From Myxococcota bacterium (GTDB lineage Bacteria > Myxococcota_A > UBA796 > UBA2385): a stretch of 64,000 nucleotides of DNA. The notes beneath the pieces are model-generated. The model was not told the origin of the DNA. It saw nothing but the letters and a program-made list of their open reading frames with translations, and made no database searches. This document shows positions 31,295 through 40,352 of this stretch, piece after piece. The first letter of the stretch is position 1. Every line of letters starts with the position of its first letter. Location: positions 64,001 to 128,000 of the forward strand of contig JBIJDH010000008.1 of NCBI GenBank assembly GCA_044344255.1, in the 5' to 3' direction. Both the position numbers and the translations under genes were made by a program.

Positions 31295-33391
31295 TCAGAG
31301 CGGATCCCCTGCGTCGGCGTTCGGAGGCGCTTCACGCGGAAAGCGCAACGTGAAGGTGCTGCCCTTGCCCGGCTGCGACTGGGCGAAGACCTCGCCACCG
31401 TGCGCTCTCATGATGTAGCGCGTGATCGTGAGGCCGATGCCCGTGCCCTTGCGCCGCCGCGCCAAGGCGTCCCGCGAGCGGAAGAAGGGCTCGAAGATGT
31501 TGCGCAGATCGTGCGGTGCGATGCCGATCCCGCGGTCGGACACGGTGATCTCGACGCCGTCCTCCACCACCCGCCCGCGGATCCCGATCCAGGCGTCAGG
31601 GGCCGAGTATTTCGCCGCGTTGCTGACGAGGTTGATCACACACTGGGCGACGGCGTCGCTGTCGTGGGCCACCTCCGGCAGGTCATCGGGGAGCTCGACG
31701 TCGAGCTCCTTGTCGACCACCTCCTGGGCTGAGCTCACGCTGTCGAGGGCCCGGTAGACGGTGTCGACGAGGTCACCCGGACGCAGGGTATACCGCTTGG
31801 CCCCTCGCTCAATCGCCGAGAAGTCGAGCACGTTGTCGACGAGGCGGCTCAGCCGCTCGCTCTCCCGCACGATGGCCTGGTAGGCCTCCTCACGCTCCTC
31901 CGGGGTCTCGCTCAAGCCGAGCAGCAGCGACTCCCCCTTGAGGCGGATCTGCGTGATCGGCGACCGCAGCTCATGCGACACGTTGGCCGCGAAGTCCGTC
32001 TTCATCCGGGCGACGTCGAGCTCCCGCTTGATGAGGCGGGTGGTGAGGATGGCCCCGAGCGCGATCATCGTGATCGCCAGCACGATCACGGCGATGCGCT
32101 GTCGGCGGCGGTTGGCCTGAGCGAGGCTCAGGGCCTCGGGATCTCGGGCCACCACGATCAGGGACCAGGAGGGGAGCCAGGGCCCGAGGTCCTTGGTGAC
32201 CAGCGCCCCCACCGGCATCGCCTCACCTGCCGAGCGTAAGAAGGCGGCGACGGGGGCGTCGAGGCGGACGGTGCCACGGGCGTCGGCCTTCAGCTCGCCC
32301 ACGATCGCGTCCAGATCGAGGGCGAAGGCATAGAAGCTGCCGTCCCACCAGGTGGTGGCCCAGAGCGCCCGCTCGCCGAGGCGCCAGTGGATGTCCCCCT
32401 GGGTCATGCGCAGGCGCCCGGGGCCGCCCACGACCCGCTGATGCTCCGGGAGGAGCTCCCCCGCCCAATAGAGCGTGGCGTACCGCTCCGAGACCCGCCC
32501 CCGCGCGCCCAAGGCCCAGTCCCGCTCGGCGGAGGGCTCGAGCAGCGAGAGGGCCCGCAGGGCGACGGCGCCCTCTCCCCCCTGGCCGACCGTCCAGGGG
32601 GCAGCCAGCAGGTCTTCGACGAGGCTCCGGAGCGTCAGCGCCCCGTCGGCCGGCGCGCGGTTGAGCTGAAGCTCCCCCTTCTCCAGCCGCGCGAGGTCTC
32701 CAAGGCGGATGCCCCACGGATCGCGGACCGAAGCGTACCGATCCTGCACTTCGTCGAGGAGGAGCATGGCCTCGCGATCCTTGCCGGCGACGATCAACAT
32801 CCGCGCCCGATCGAGGGCCGCGCGGCCGGCCACGGAGGGGAGGCCGCTCTCGCGGGAGACCACCCCATAGAGCCGCGCCACGACCAGGGGATCCTGACGT
32901 TGGCGCTCGGCGGCGGTGGCGGCGATCCAGCTCGGGTCAAAGAGCCCCTCGATGTCGAGGCCCACCCCCGACTCGTCGACCGCGAAGGGGCCGAGCAGGC
33001 GGCCGCCCTCGTCGAAGCGCATGGCGACCAGCAGGTGCCCGTCGAGCTCCCCCCTCGCCTCGAGCGGGCTGCGACCCGCCTCGAGCCGATCCCGAACCCT
33101 GTCTTCAAACCCTGAAAAGCGCCTGTCCACCTGGTTCCACCAGGCATCGGCGGTGCCCGCAGCCTCGGCGTTGACCTCCGCCGTCACGCTCTGCTCTTCG
33201 ACCTGGATCGAGGCGACGCCGAAGTAGGCCAGCAACAAGGCCGGCCCCACGATCGTCATCAAGAAGACCGCGACGAAGCGGAGCACGCCCTCGAGGTGGA
33301 TCGCCTCCTCCATCGCCCGCACCTCGCCGCCCTGGCGCGCCAGCAGGCGACGGAGGAGGTGCTGAACGACGGAGCGCTTCGAATCAGGCAT
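31295..33391 (-). CDS. Sensor histidine kinase
   Basis: Two TMs around a large extracytoplasmic domain; SHELRSP, NLVSNAAKY, DRGIGI, IFEPF, GTGIGL. Confidence 0.95.
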   Translation of the reverse strand: MPDSKRSVVQHLLRRLLARQGGEVRAMEEAIHLEGVLRFVAVFLMTIVGPALLLAYFGVASIQVEEQSVTAEVNAEAAGTADAWWNQVDRRFSGFEDRVRDRLEAGRSPLEARGELDGHLLVAMRFDEGGRLLGPFAVDESGVGLDIEGLFDPSWIAATAAERQRQDPLVVARLYGVVSRESGLPSVAGRAALDRARMLIVAGKDREAMLLLDEVQDRYASVRDPWGIRLGDLARLEKGELQLNRAPADGALTLRSLVEDLLAAPWTVGQGGEGAVALRALSLLEPSAERDWALGARGRVSERYATLYWAGELLPEHQRVVGGPGRLRMTQGDIHWRLGERALWATTWWDGSFYAFALDLDAIVGELKADARGTVRLDAPVAAFLRSAGEAMPVGALVTKDLGPWLPSWSLIVVARDPEALSLAQANRRRQRIAVIVLAITMIALGAILTTRLIKRELDVARMKTDFAANVSHELRSPITQIRLKGESLLLGLSETPEEREEAYQAIVRESERLSRLVDNVLDFSAIERGAKRYTLRPGDLVDTVYRALDSVSSAQEVVDKELDVELPDDLPEVAHDSDAVAQCVINLVSNAAKYSAPDAWIGIRGRVVEDGVEITVSDRGIGIAPHDLRNIFEPFFRSRDALARRRKGTGIGLTITRYIMRAHGGEVFAQSQPGKGSTFTLRFPREAPPNADAGDPL

Positions 33392-33400
33392 GGGCCGCCA

Positions 33401-36232
33401 TCATAGTCCGGCGCGGGTGACCTCCTCCGTCGCGTCGTTGAGGTCGGGATCCTGTCCCGCGTCGAAGCAGTCCACCCTGCGGCCCAGCAGCCCGTGGAAG
33501 CGCTCGGGCGACAGGGTGTCCCTCCGCCCCGATCGCTCGCCGCTCAGGTAGTCGCTGATGAGCGGGGTGGCGAGATCGTACCGGCGCACGCTCCGATCGG
33601 TCGGCGCGGGCCCGTCCGCGTACGAAGCGCCGATGTCGTGAGCGAGCAGCCGGTTGTCCTCGATGCTGCGCTCATTCTGGAGGGTGAGGCCCCCCGCACA
33701 CTCGAGGCGCGAGCGGAGCCGGCCCCCGTGAGCGCCGGTGGCCTTGAGCGCCCGGCTGAGGCCGATGCCAGGATCTCCCTGCCGATCGGTCCAGGGGATC
33801 ACCCGCACCCGGGCCGAGGTCAGGGCGCCGCCGTCCTGGTGTCGATGGACACCCGCCTCGAGGCGCAGCATCCCGTGGGCGAAGCGCCCGCGCACCGCGG
33901 CGATCACCGGCTCATCGGCGGAGTAGGGCTCGCAGATCCACTCCCACCGGTGCCCCTGGGCCTCGGCCCAGGCCTTGTAGACCCCCACGAGGAAGTCCCT
34001 CGCCGCCTGCCCGCCGGGGCCCACCGGTCGCACGTCGAGGATGGCGTCCCAGTGGCCCGAGGGGCCCATCCGCACCAGCTCCCGCCAGCCGACCTGCAGC
34101 CCGGCCTCCGCCTGCTCGTGGGCCGCGGCGACCCGCTGGAGGCGCTGCCGGGTGTCGGCGCCGCGCAGCTCCTCCTCCACGGTGTCGATGCGGGCCCGCA
34201 GGCGATCGAGCCGGTCGAGGGTGGTGGTGATGCGGTCGAGGTCGCGCAGCGCCCGCGCCGCCTCGTCGGCCGCCCGCCAGAAGTCGGTCTGCTTCCGCCG
34301 CACGAGGAGCTGCTCCCGCTCGACCCGCAGGCCCTCTTCACCCACCGCCACCGACAACGCCGCCCAGTCCTCGCGGAGGCGCCCCACGGCCTCGACCAGG
34401 GCCTCCCGGCTCAGGGTCCGGCCCTCCGGCGAGCGCGGGCCCTCCGGCTCCCGTCGCGCCTCCTTTGCGCTCTCGGTGTCGAGCAGCCGCACCTTCACCT
34501 TGCCCTCGGCGGCCACCACCCGGAGGAGCTGCCCCGGGTCGACCTTCTTCTCGAGCAAGGTGAGCGCGATCGGCAGCACGATCTGGCGCTGCAGCACCCG
34601 CGGCAAGGCTCGAGCCCCGTAACGCTCGTCCTGCCCCCGCTCGATCGCGAGGTCGAGGGCACCGTCATCCACCTCGATGACGAGGTCACGGAGGGCGACC
34701 GCCTCCCGGCTGAGCGCGCGGCCCAGCTCCTGCCGGGCCACGGCTCGGAGCTGCTCCAGCGACAAGGGGTGGAAGACGACGATCTGCTGGAAGCGGCTCA
34801 GGAGCTCGGGGCGGAGCTGGGCCTCGAGGGCCTCGCGGGTGCGCTGTCGTCGGAGCTCCGCGAGGCTCCCCGCCCCGAAGCCGAGGCCACGGGCCCCCTC
34901 CAAGGCGCCGACGGTCGAGCAGCAGATGACGATCGTGCTCCGGAGATCGACCACGGTGCGCCCGGGGAGGCGGATCAGCCCCTCGTCGAGGATCGGCCCC
35001 AGGAGCTCGAGGGCGTGGGCGGGGGCCCGGTCGAGCTCCTCGAAGAGCAGCACCTGGAAGGGGTTGGCCCGCAGCGGATCGAGCAGCGAGGCCGGACGAT
35101 CCGGGGCCGCCGTCACGCCGAGCCAGCGCTCGAAGCGAGGGTCCTCCCGGAGCTCCGAGAGATCGAAGCGCAGGAGCCGCTCCGGGCCGCCGAAGAGCAG
35201 GGTGGCGAGGGCCCGGGCGAGCTCCGTCTTCCCCACCCCAGTCGGCCCCACGAAGAGGAAGGCGCCGATCGGCCGGCTCGGATCGTGCAGTCCCGCCTTG
35301 AAGAGGGCGATACACTCGATGATCGCCTCGATGGCCTCTACCTGGCCGACGATCCGCTCCTCGAACCAGGCGCGGAGCTCGCTCACCCTCCGCGTCGCCT
35401 CTCGCGAGACCACGAAGGCCGGCAACCCCGACCGCTTGGCGAAGACCGCCTCGATCAAGGCGCCGGAGACCGCGCCCGCCCCCTCCGCCTTCCGCTCCTC
35501 GATCACCGCCGCGAGCAGGGCGCGGGCCGGGCCGGGCTGCGGCTCTCCGGGCAAGAAGCGGCGGGTGAGCGAGAGGAGCTGGTGCAGCGCCTCGGCGCTG
35601 AGCCCGATGCCCTGCTCCGCCCCCACCCGCGCCAGGAGCTCGAGCACCGCCGGTGCGCCGAGCTCTTCGACGACCAGCAGCTCGAAGAGCGAGAAGAAGG
35701 CTGGGTGCCGCCGGAGCTCCTCCACGAGCTCCGGCCGCGCTTCCAGCACGAGGCGGGCGCGCCCGCGCTCCATCCAGGCCCGGAGCAGGTCAAACACGCC
35801 GCGCTGGCCCTGCCCACCGAGGCCGAGCGCCTGGAGGTTCCAGACGTCGGGGAGGTAGATCGCCGCCCCGGCCGCCTCTGCCGCCCCGAGCAGGCCGCGC
35901 AGGCGAGACTCTCCCTCCCCCGACGATCGAGCGCCCAACGTGATCGTCGCGCCCGTGACCTCGACGATACCCCCCGGCAGGCCGCCCAGACAGCGCGCCC
36001 CGGCGGCGACGACCAGGGCCGACTTCCCGACGCCCCGTGGCCCCACCACCAGGACCGATCGTCCGCGTTCAAGCCAGCCGATCAGGCGACCGATCTCCTC
36101 TTCGCGGTGTCCGAGCGCCCCGAAGCGCGCGGCGGCGACCCCAGGGTCAAGCCGCGTGGCCGCTTGGAACACCCCGCCGTCTCCTCGACCCTCCACGGCC
36201 GCCAATTCGACCTCCCCCTGCGCGCTCACCAT
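33401..36232 (-). CDS. ClpA/ClpC-like double AAA+ ATPase fused to a C-terminal peptide-chain-release-factor-like (PCRF) domain
   Basis: GPRGVGKS; RIVGQ..RPIGAFLFVGPTGVGKTELA..RPELLSR..YGARAL; C-terminus DFW, AILDVRP, YKAWAE, LRLEAGVHR, VRVIP, VRRYD. Start uncertain (ATG 36232 or GTG 36280). Confidence 0.8.
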   Translation of the reverse strand: MVSAQGEVELAAVEGRGDGGVFQAATRLDPGVAAARFGALGHREEEIGRLIGWLERGRSVLVVGPRGVGKSALVVAAGARCLGGLPGGIVEVTGATITLGARSSGEGESRLRGLLGAAEAAGAAIYLPDVWNLQALGLGGQGQRGVFDLLRAWMERGRARLVLEARPELVEELRRHPAFFSLFELLVVEELGAPAVLELLARVGAEQGIGLSAEALHQLLSLTRRFLPGEPQPGPARALLAAVIEERKAEGAGAVSGALIEAVFAKRSGLPAFVVSREATRRVSELRAWFEERIVGQVEAIEAIIECIALFKAGLHDPSRPIGAFLFVGPTGVGKTELARALATLLFGGPERLLRFDLSELREDPRFERWLGVTAAPDRPASLLDPLRANPFQVLLFEELDRAPAHALELLGPILDEGLIRLPGRTVVDLRSTIVICCSTVGALEGARGLGFGAGSLAELRRQRTREALEAQLRPELLSRFQQIVVFHPLSLEQLRAVARQELGRALSREAVALRDLVIEVDDGALDLAIERGQDERYGARALPRVLQRQIVLPIALTLLEKKVDPGQLLRVVAAEGKVKVRLLDTESAKEARREPEGPRSPEGRTLSREALVEAVGRLREDWAALSVAVGEEGLRVEREQLLVRRKQTDFWRAADEAARALRDLDRITTTLDRLDRLRARIDTVEEELRGADTRQRLQRVAAAHEQAEAGLQVGWRELVRMGPSGHWDAILDVRPVGPGGQAARDFLVGVYKAWAEAQGHRWEWICEPYSADEPVIAAVRGRFAHGMLRLEAGVHRHQDGGALTSARVRVIPWTDRQGDPGIGLSRALKATGAHGGRLRSRLECAGGLTLQNERSIEDNRLLAHDIGASYADGPAPTDRSVRRYDLATPLISDYLSGERSGRRDTLSPERFHGLLGRRVDCFDAGQDPDLNDATEEVTRAGL

Positions 36233-36294
36233 TCGACACCACCGCGCCGAAGCGTAGCCCGCCGGATACACTGGCCGCACTACACGGACCCCCC

Positions 36295-38916
36295 ATGCCC
36301 GCGTCGCCGAATTTTGTCCTCTGCTCCGTCACCCCTCCCCTCGGGCGCGCCGCCCCGCGGGGTCGGCGCCTGCTCGGCCTGTCCGTGCTCCTCGGGTGTC
36401 TCCTCGCCGCCGGCCTCGGCGGCTGCGCCGACGGAGACGAGCCCGCCATCCCCCTGCTCGACGCCGATGGAGATCACTGGGCCCGCACCGTCGACTGCGA
36501 CGACACCGACCCGAGCGTGCACCCTGACGCCGAGGAGCGCTGCGACAACATCGACAACAACTGCGACGGCGTGATCGATCAGGACGCGGTCGACACCACC
36601 CAGTTCTACGCCGACGCAGACGGCGACGGCTTCGGCGACGAGGAGTACGGCTGGATCACCTGCAGCCTGCCCGAGGGCTACGCCGACAACGCCCTCGACT
36701 GCGCTGACCTCGACGCCACGATCAACCCGGGCTCCACCGAGATCTGCGACGAGATCGACAACGACTGCGACGAGGAGATCGACGAGCCCGGGGCGCTCGG
36801 CCCCACCGACTGGTACTACGACGATGACGGCGACGGCTACGGCGACCCCGCCGTGCACGAGACCGGCTGCCAGCCCTCCGAGGGCTACGTCGCCGACAAC
36901 ACCGACTGCAACGACGACGCCTCCGCCATCTTCCCCGGCGCGCCCGAGCTCTGCGACGACGAAGACCTCGACGAGGACTGCGACGGCCTCATCGACGACG
37001 CGGACACCTCCGCCAGCGGCAAGGTGCGCTGGTACTACGACGCCGACGCCGACAGCTACGGCAGCGCCGACTTTTCGCTGGCCACCGAGGCCTGCGACCA
37101 GCCGCCCGGCTACGCCGCCAACTACGACGACTGCGACGACGCCGACCGCACCATCAACCCCGCCGCCACCGAGCTCTGCGGGGACGACATCGACAACGAC
37201 TGCGACGGCTCGATCGACGGGGACGACGAAGGCGCTCGCCTCGTCGACTGGTACGCCGACGCCGACGGCGACACCTACGGCGACCCCGACGCCTACTACG
37301 GCCGCGTCTGTGACGGCCCAGAGGGCACCGTCGCCGACAATTCCGACTGCGACGACACCAACCCCGCGGCCAACCCCGCCGTGGTCGAGACTTGGTACGA
37401 CGGCGTCGACAGCGACTGCGATGGCTGGAGCGACTACGACCAAGACCTCGACGGCTTCGACTCCGTCGAGTACGGCGGCGCCGACTGTGACGATCTCGAC
37501 CCCCTCGTGAGCCCGGGCGACATCGAGATCTGCGGCGACGGCATCGACAATGACTGCAACAGCGTCGAAGACGACTGCGCGATCCAGGCCACCTTCACCG
37601 GCGCCGCCCTCGGTGACATCGCAGGCGGCGCGGTCGCCGGCCTCGGGGACGTCAACGGCGACGGCTACGGCGACATCTGCATCGGCGCCGACCGCGAGGA
37701 CACCGCGGGCGCGGGCGCCGGGGCCGCCTATGTGGTGCTCGGCCCCGTCGAAGGCGACCACAGCCTCTCGGGCGCCGACGCCACGCTGACGGGCGAGGCC
37801 ATCGGCGACCACGCCGGCATCTCGCTGGCCGCCGCCGGTGACGTCGACGGAGATGGCTACGACGACCTCTACGTCGGCGCCACCGGCTACTCCATCGGCA
37901 CCACCGAGGTCAGCATCGGCGCGACCTACCTCGTGTCCGGCCCCATCGAGGGTGACATCAGCCTCGGCAGCGCCACCGCCAGCCTGCGCGGGGAGGCGGC
38001 CTACGACGCCTCCGCCACCTCGATCTACAACGCCGGCGACGTGGACGGCGACGGCACCCCCGACCTCATCATCGGCGCGCCGGGGGAGGACTCCGGCGGG
38101 GTCGAGGCGGGCGCCGCCTACCTCATCTCCGGGCCCATCACCACCAGCCAGCGGCTGTGGGCGGCCGAGGCCAAGTTCCTCGGCGAGTCCCCGGGAGACA
38201 CCGCCGGCAGCTCCGTCTGCACCGCCGGTGACGTCGATGGTGACGGCCGCGCCGACCTCCTCATCGGCGCGCCGAACGAGCACGTGAGCGGCACCTACGC
38301 GGGCGCCGTCTACCTCTTCCACGGCGCGGTGCGGGGCGAGTACAGCCTGTCGGAGGCCGACGGCAAGCGCACCGGCTCCAACTCCGGCGACCTCTTCGGC
38401 TTCTCGGTGGCCGGCGGCGGCGACCTCAACGGCGACGGCTACGACGACATCCTCGTCGGCGCCCCCGAGCAAGACCAGGGCGGCGGGGCCTCGGGCGCCG
38501 TCTACATCTTCTACGGCCCCTGGGACGGCCAGGGCGACACCAGCGCCGCCGACGCCCTCCTCGTGGGGGAGAACAATGACGACCAGGCCGGCTCCTCGGT
38601 GGCCATCGCCGGCGACCTCGACGACAACGGCCAGGTCGACGCCCTCATCGGCGCGCGGATCGAAGACAGCGGCGGCAGCGACGCGGGCGCCGTCTACATC
38701 CTGCTCAACCCGCCGTCCGGCACCCTCGACCTCTCGGCCCTGCAGGGCAAGGTGCTCGGCGACGATCAGGACGACCTCGCCGGCTACGCGATCTCGGGTG
38801 CCCCGGACGTCGACGGAGACGGCGTAGACGACCTCCTCGTCGGCGCCCCCTACGACGACAGCACCCGCCAGGACGCGGGCCTCGTCTGGCTCATCGCGGG
38901 CGGTGGCTGGCCCTGA
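36295..38916 (+). CDS. Lipoprotein with MopE-type putative metal-binding repeats and an FG-GAP (integrin-alpha-like) beta-propeller
   Basis: LGGC lipobox; repeated DCDD..PGA.E.CD.IDNDCDG; seven GDVDGDG..D++IGAP repeats. Confidence 0.88.
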   Translation: MPASPNFVLCSVTPPLGRAAPRGRRLLGLSVLLGCLLAAGLGGCADGDEPAIPLLDADGDHWARTVDCDDTDPSVHPDAEERCDNIDNNCDGVIDQDAVDTTQFYADADGDGFGDEEYGWITCSLPEGYADNALDCADLDATINPGSTEICDEIDNDCDEEIDEPGALGPTDWYYDDDGDGYGDPAVHETGCQPSEGYVADNTDCNDDASAIFPGAPELCDDEDLDEDCDGLIDDADTSASGKVRWYYDADADSYGSADFSLATEACDQPPGYAANYDDCDDADRTINPAATELCGDDIDNDCDGSIDGDDEGARLVDWYADADGDTYGDPDAYYGRVCDGPEGTVADNSDCDDTNPAANPAVVETWYDGVDSDCDGWSDYDQDLDGFDSVEYGGADCDDLDPLVSPGDIEICGDGIDNDCNSVEDDCAIQATFTGAALGDIAGGAVAGLGDVNGDGYGDICIGADREDTAGAGAGAAYVVLGPVEGDHSLSGADATLTGEAIGDHAGISLAAAGDVDGDGYDDLYVGATGYSIGTTEVSIGATYLVSGPIEGDISLGSATASLRGEAAYDASATSIYNAGDVDGDGTPDLIIGAPGEDSGGVEAGAAYLISGPITTSQRLWAAEAKFLGESPGDTAGSSVCTAGDVDGDGRADLLIGAPNEHVSGTYAGAVYLFHGAVRGEYSLSEADGKRTGSNSGDLFGFSVAGGGDLNGDGYDDILVGAPEQDQGGGASGAVYIFYGPWDGQGDTSAADALLVGENNDDQAGSSVAIAGDLDDNGQVDALIGARIEDSGGSDAGAVYILLNPPSGTLDLSALQGKVLGDDQDDLAGYAISGAPDVDGDGVDDLLVGAPYDDSTRQDAGLVWLIAGGGWP

Positions 38917-38928
38917 GCGGCGCGGCGC

Positions 38929-39285
38929 TCAGCCGGCGATCAGCCGGTCGAGCTCTCCGTTGGCGGCCAGGGCCTCGGTGTCCTTGAAGCCGCCAACGAG
39001 CGCGCCGTTGATGAAGACCTGCGGGAAGGTCGGCCAGCCGCTCCAGAGCTTGATCGCGAGGCGCACCTTCCAGCCGCTCATGTAGTTGCCGTAGCCAAGG
39101 TAGGTGTACTTCACGCCCTTGGCGTCGAGGAACTTGCGGACGCTCTTGACGACCGGGTTCCAGCCCATCCCGACCACGACCACCTTGTCCCGGCGGACCG
39201 CCTCGGAGACCTGCTGGACGACATCGGCGTGAAAGGCCACCATGGTAGCGGCGGCGGCGGGGTGGATCTTGGCGAGCGCGGGCAT
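38929..39285 (-). CDS. Glutaredoxin-fold protein without cysteine
   Basis: SGWPTFPQVFINGALVGG monothiol-Grx signature; no Cys in 118 aa. Confidence 0.85.
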   Translation of the reverse strand: MPALAKIHPAAAATMVAFHADVVQQVSEAVRRDKVVVVGMGWNPVVKSVRKFLDAKGVKYTYLGYGNYMSGWKVRLAIKLWSGWPTFPQVFINGALVGGFKDTEALAANGELDRLIAG

Positions 39286-39353
39286 CGGAACCTCCGGAGG
39301 AGCGCCGTGAATAGCCGCCGATCTCCGCCGGTCAAGGCCGCCCCCGCGAACGC

Positions 39354-40259
39354 TCAGGGGCCGCCGAGCTTGTTCAGCTCCTCAAAGCCGGGGAGCTGGG
39401 AGAGGTCGGGCACCACCACGATCTCGATGCGCCGGTTGGCCGCCTTGCCCTCCTTCGTGTTGTTCGCCGAGACCGGGTGGTGCTCGGAGAAGGAGGCCGC
39501 CGAGAGGTGATCGGGCGCCACGCCCCCCGTGATGAGGGCCTGCAGCACCACGGTGGCCCGCGCGCTGGCCAGCTCCCAGTTGGAGGGGAAACGGTCGGTC
39601 TTGATGGGCACGTTGTCGGTGTGGCCCTCGACCTGGAAGCGCCGGTCGGGGATCTGGGCCAGCACCGCGGCGACGCCGGCGATGGCCGTCTGCCCCTCGG
39701 GGGAGAGCTCGGCCTTGCCCGAGGCGAAGAGGATGTCGGTGGCGAGCTCCACCACGAGGCGCCCGTTGACGATCTTGACCTTGAGCTGGCCGGCGTCGAT
39801 GAGCTTCTGGAAGCGGGCGAGGAGGTCCCGATACTCGGCGATCCGCTTCTCGGCGGAGGCCTTTCGCGCCGCCGCGTCGCGGAGCGCGCCCTCCATCTCC
39901 TTGATGCTGGCGTTGAGCGCGCTCTTGTCCTTGAGAAGGCCCGCCTTCTCTCCGCGCAGCCCGGAGAGCTCCTGGTTGGCCACGCTGAGCCTGCCCTCGA
40001 GCTCCTTCACCTGCCGGTCGGCTCCCTCGCGCTTGGACTGCTCCCCAGCGAGGGCGGCCTCGAGGCTCTGGACCTTCGTGTCCTTCTCGGCGCCCACGGC
40101 CTCCGCGGCGGCGAGCTTGCCCCGCGTCGCGCTGAGCTCCGCTTGGACGAGGTCATAGTCGCGCTTCGGCACACAGGCGGCCGACACCAGGCTGAGCGCG
40201 GCGGCCAAGAGCACCGGAAGCGCGGAAGACACAGGACGGAACGTACACGAGCGGGTCAT
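39354..40259 (-). CDS. OmpA/MotB-family lipoprotein with coiled coil
   Basis: SAAC lipobox; ILFASGKA, VEGHTD, NWELASARA, NRRIEI. Confidence 0.9.
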   Translation of the reverse strand: MTRSCTFRPVSSALPVLLAAALSLVSAACVPKRDYDLVQAELSATRGKLAAAEAVGAEKDTKVQSLEAALAGEQSKREGADRQVKELEGRLSVANQELSGLRGEKAGLLKDKSALNASIKEMEGALRDAAARKASAEKRIAEYRDLLARFQKLIDAGQLKVKIVNGRLVVELATDILFASGKAELSPEGQTAIAGVAAVLAQIPDRRFQVEGHTDNVPIKTDRFPSNWELASARATVVLQALITGGVAPDHLSAASFSEHHPVSANNTKEGKAANRRIEIVVVPDLSQLPGFEELNKLGGP

Positions 40260-40352
40260 CTCCCCTCCCCTTCTCGCGTCACCCTAACCGGGCCCGGCGC
40301 GCCGATCCGCTATAGTCGGCGAGCCGCCCGCCCTGAACCGTATGGGTCCCCG

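Noticed and set aside
34005..34025. GGQ in the RF-like domain as the catalytic motif
   Set aside because: It aligns with the GAGG.EA loop upstream of GVHR, not with domain 3 downstream where the catalytic GGQ lies.
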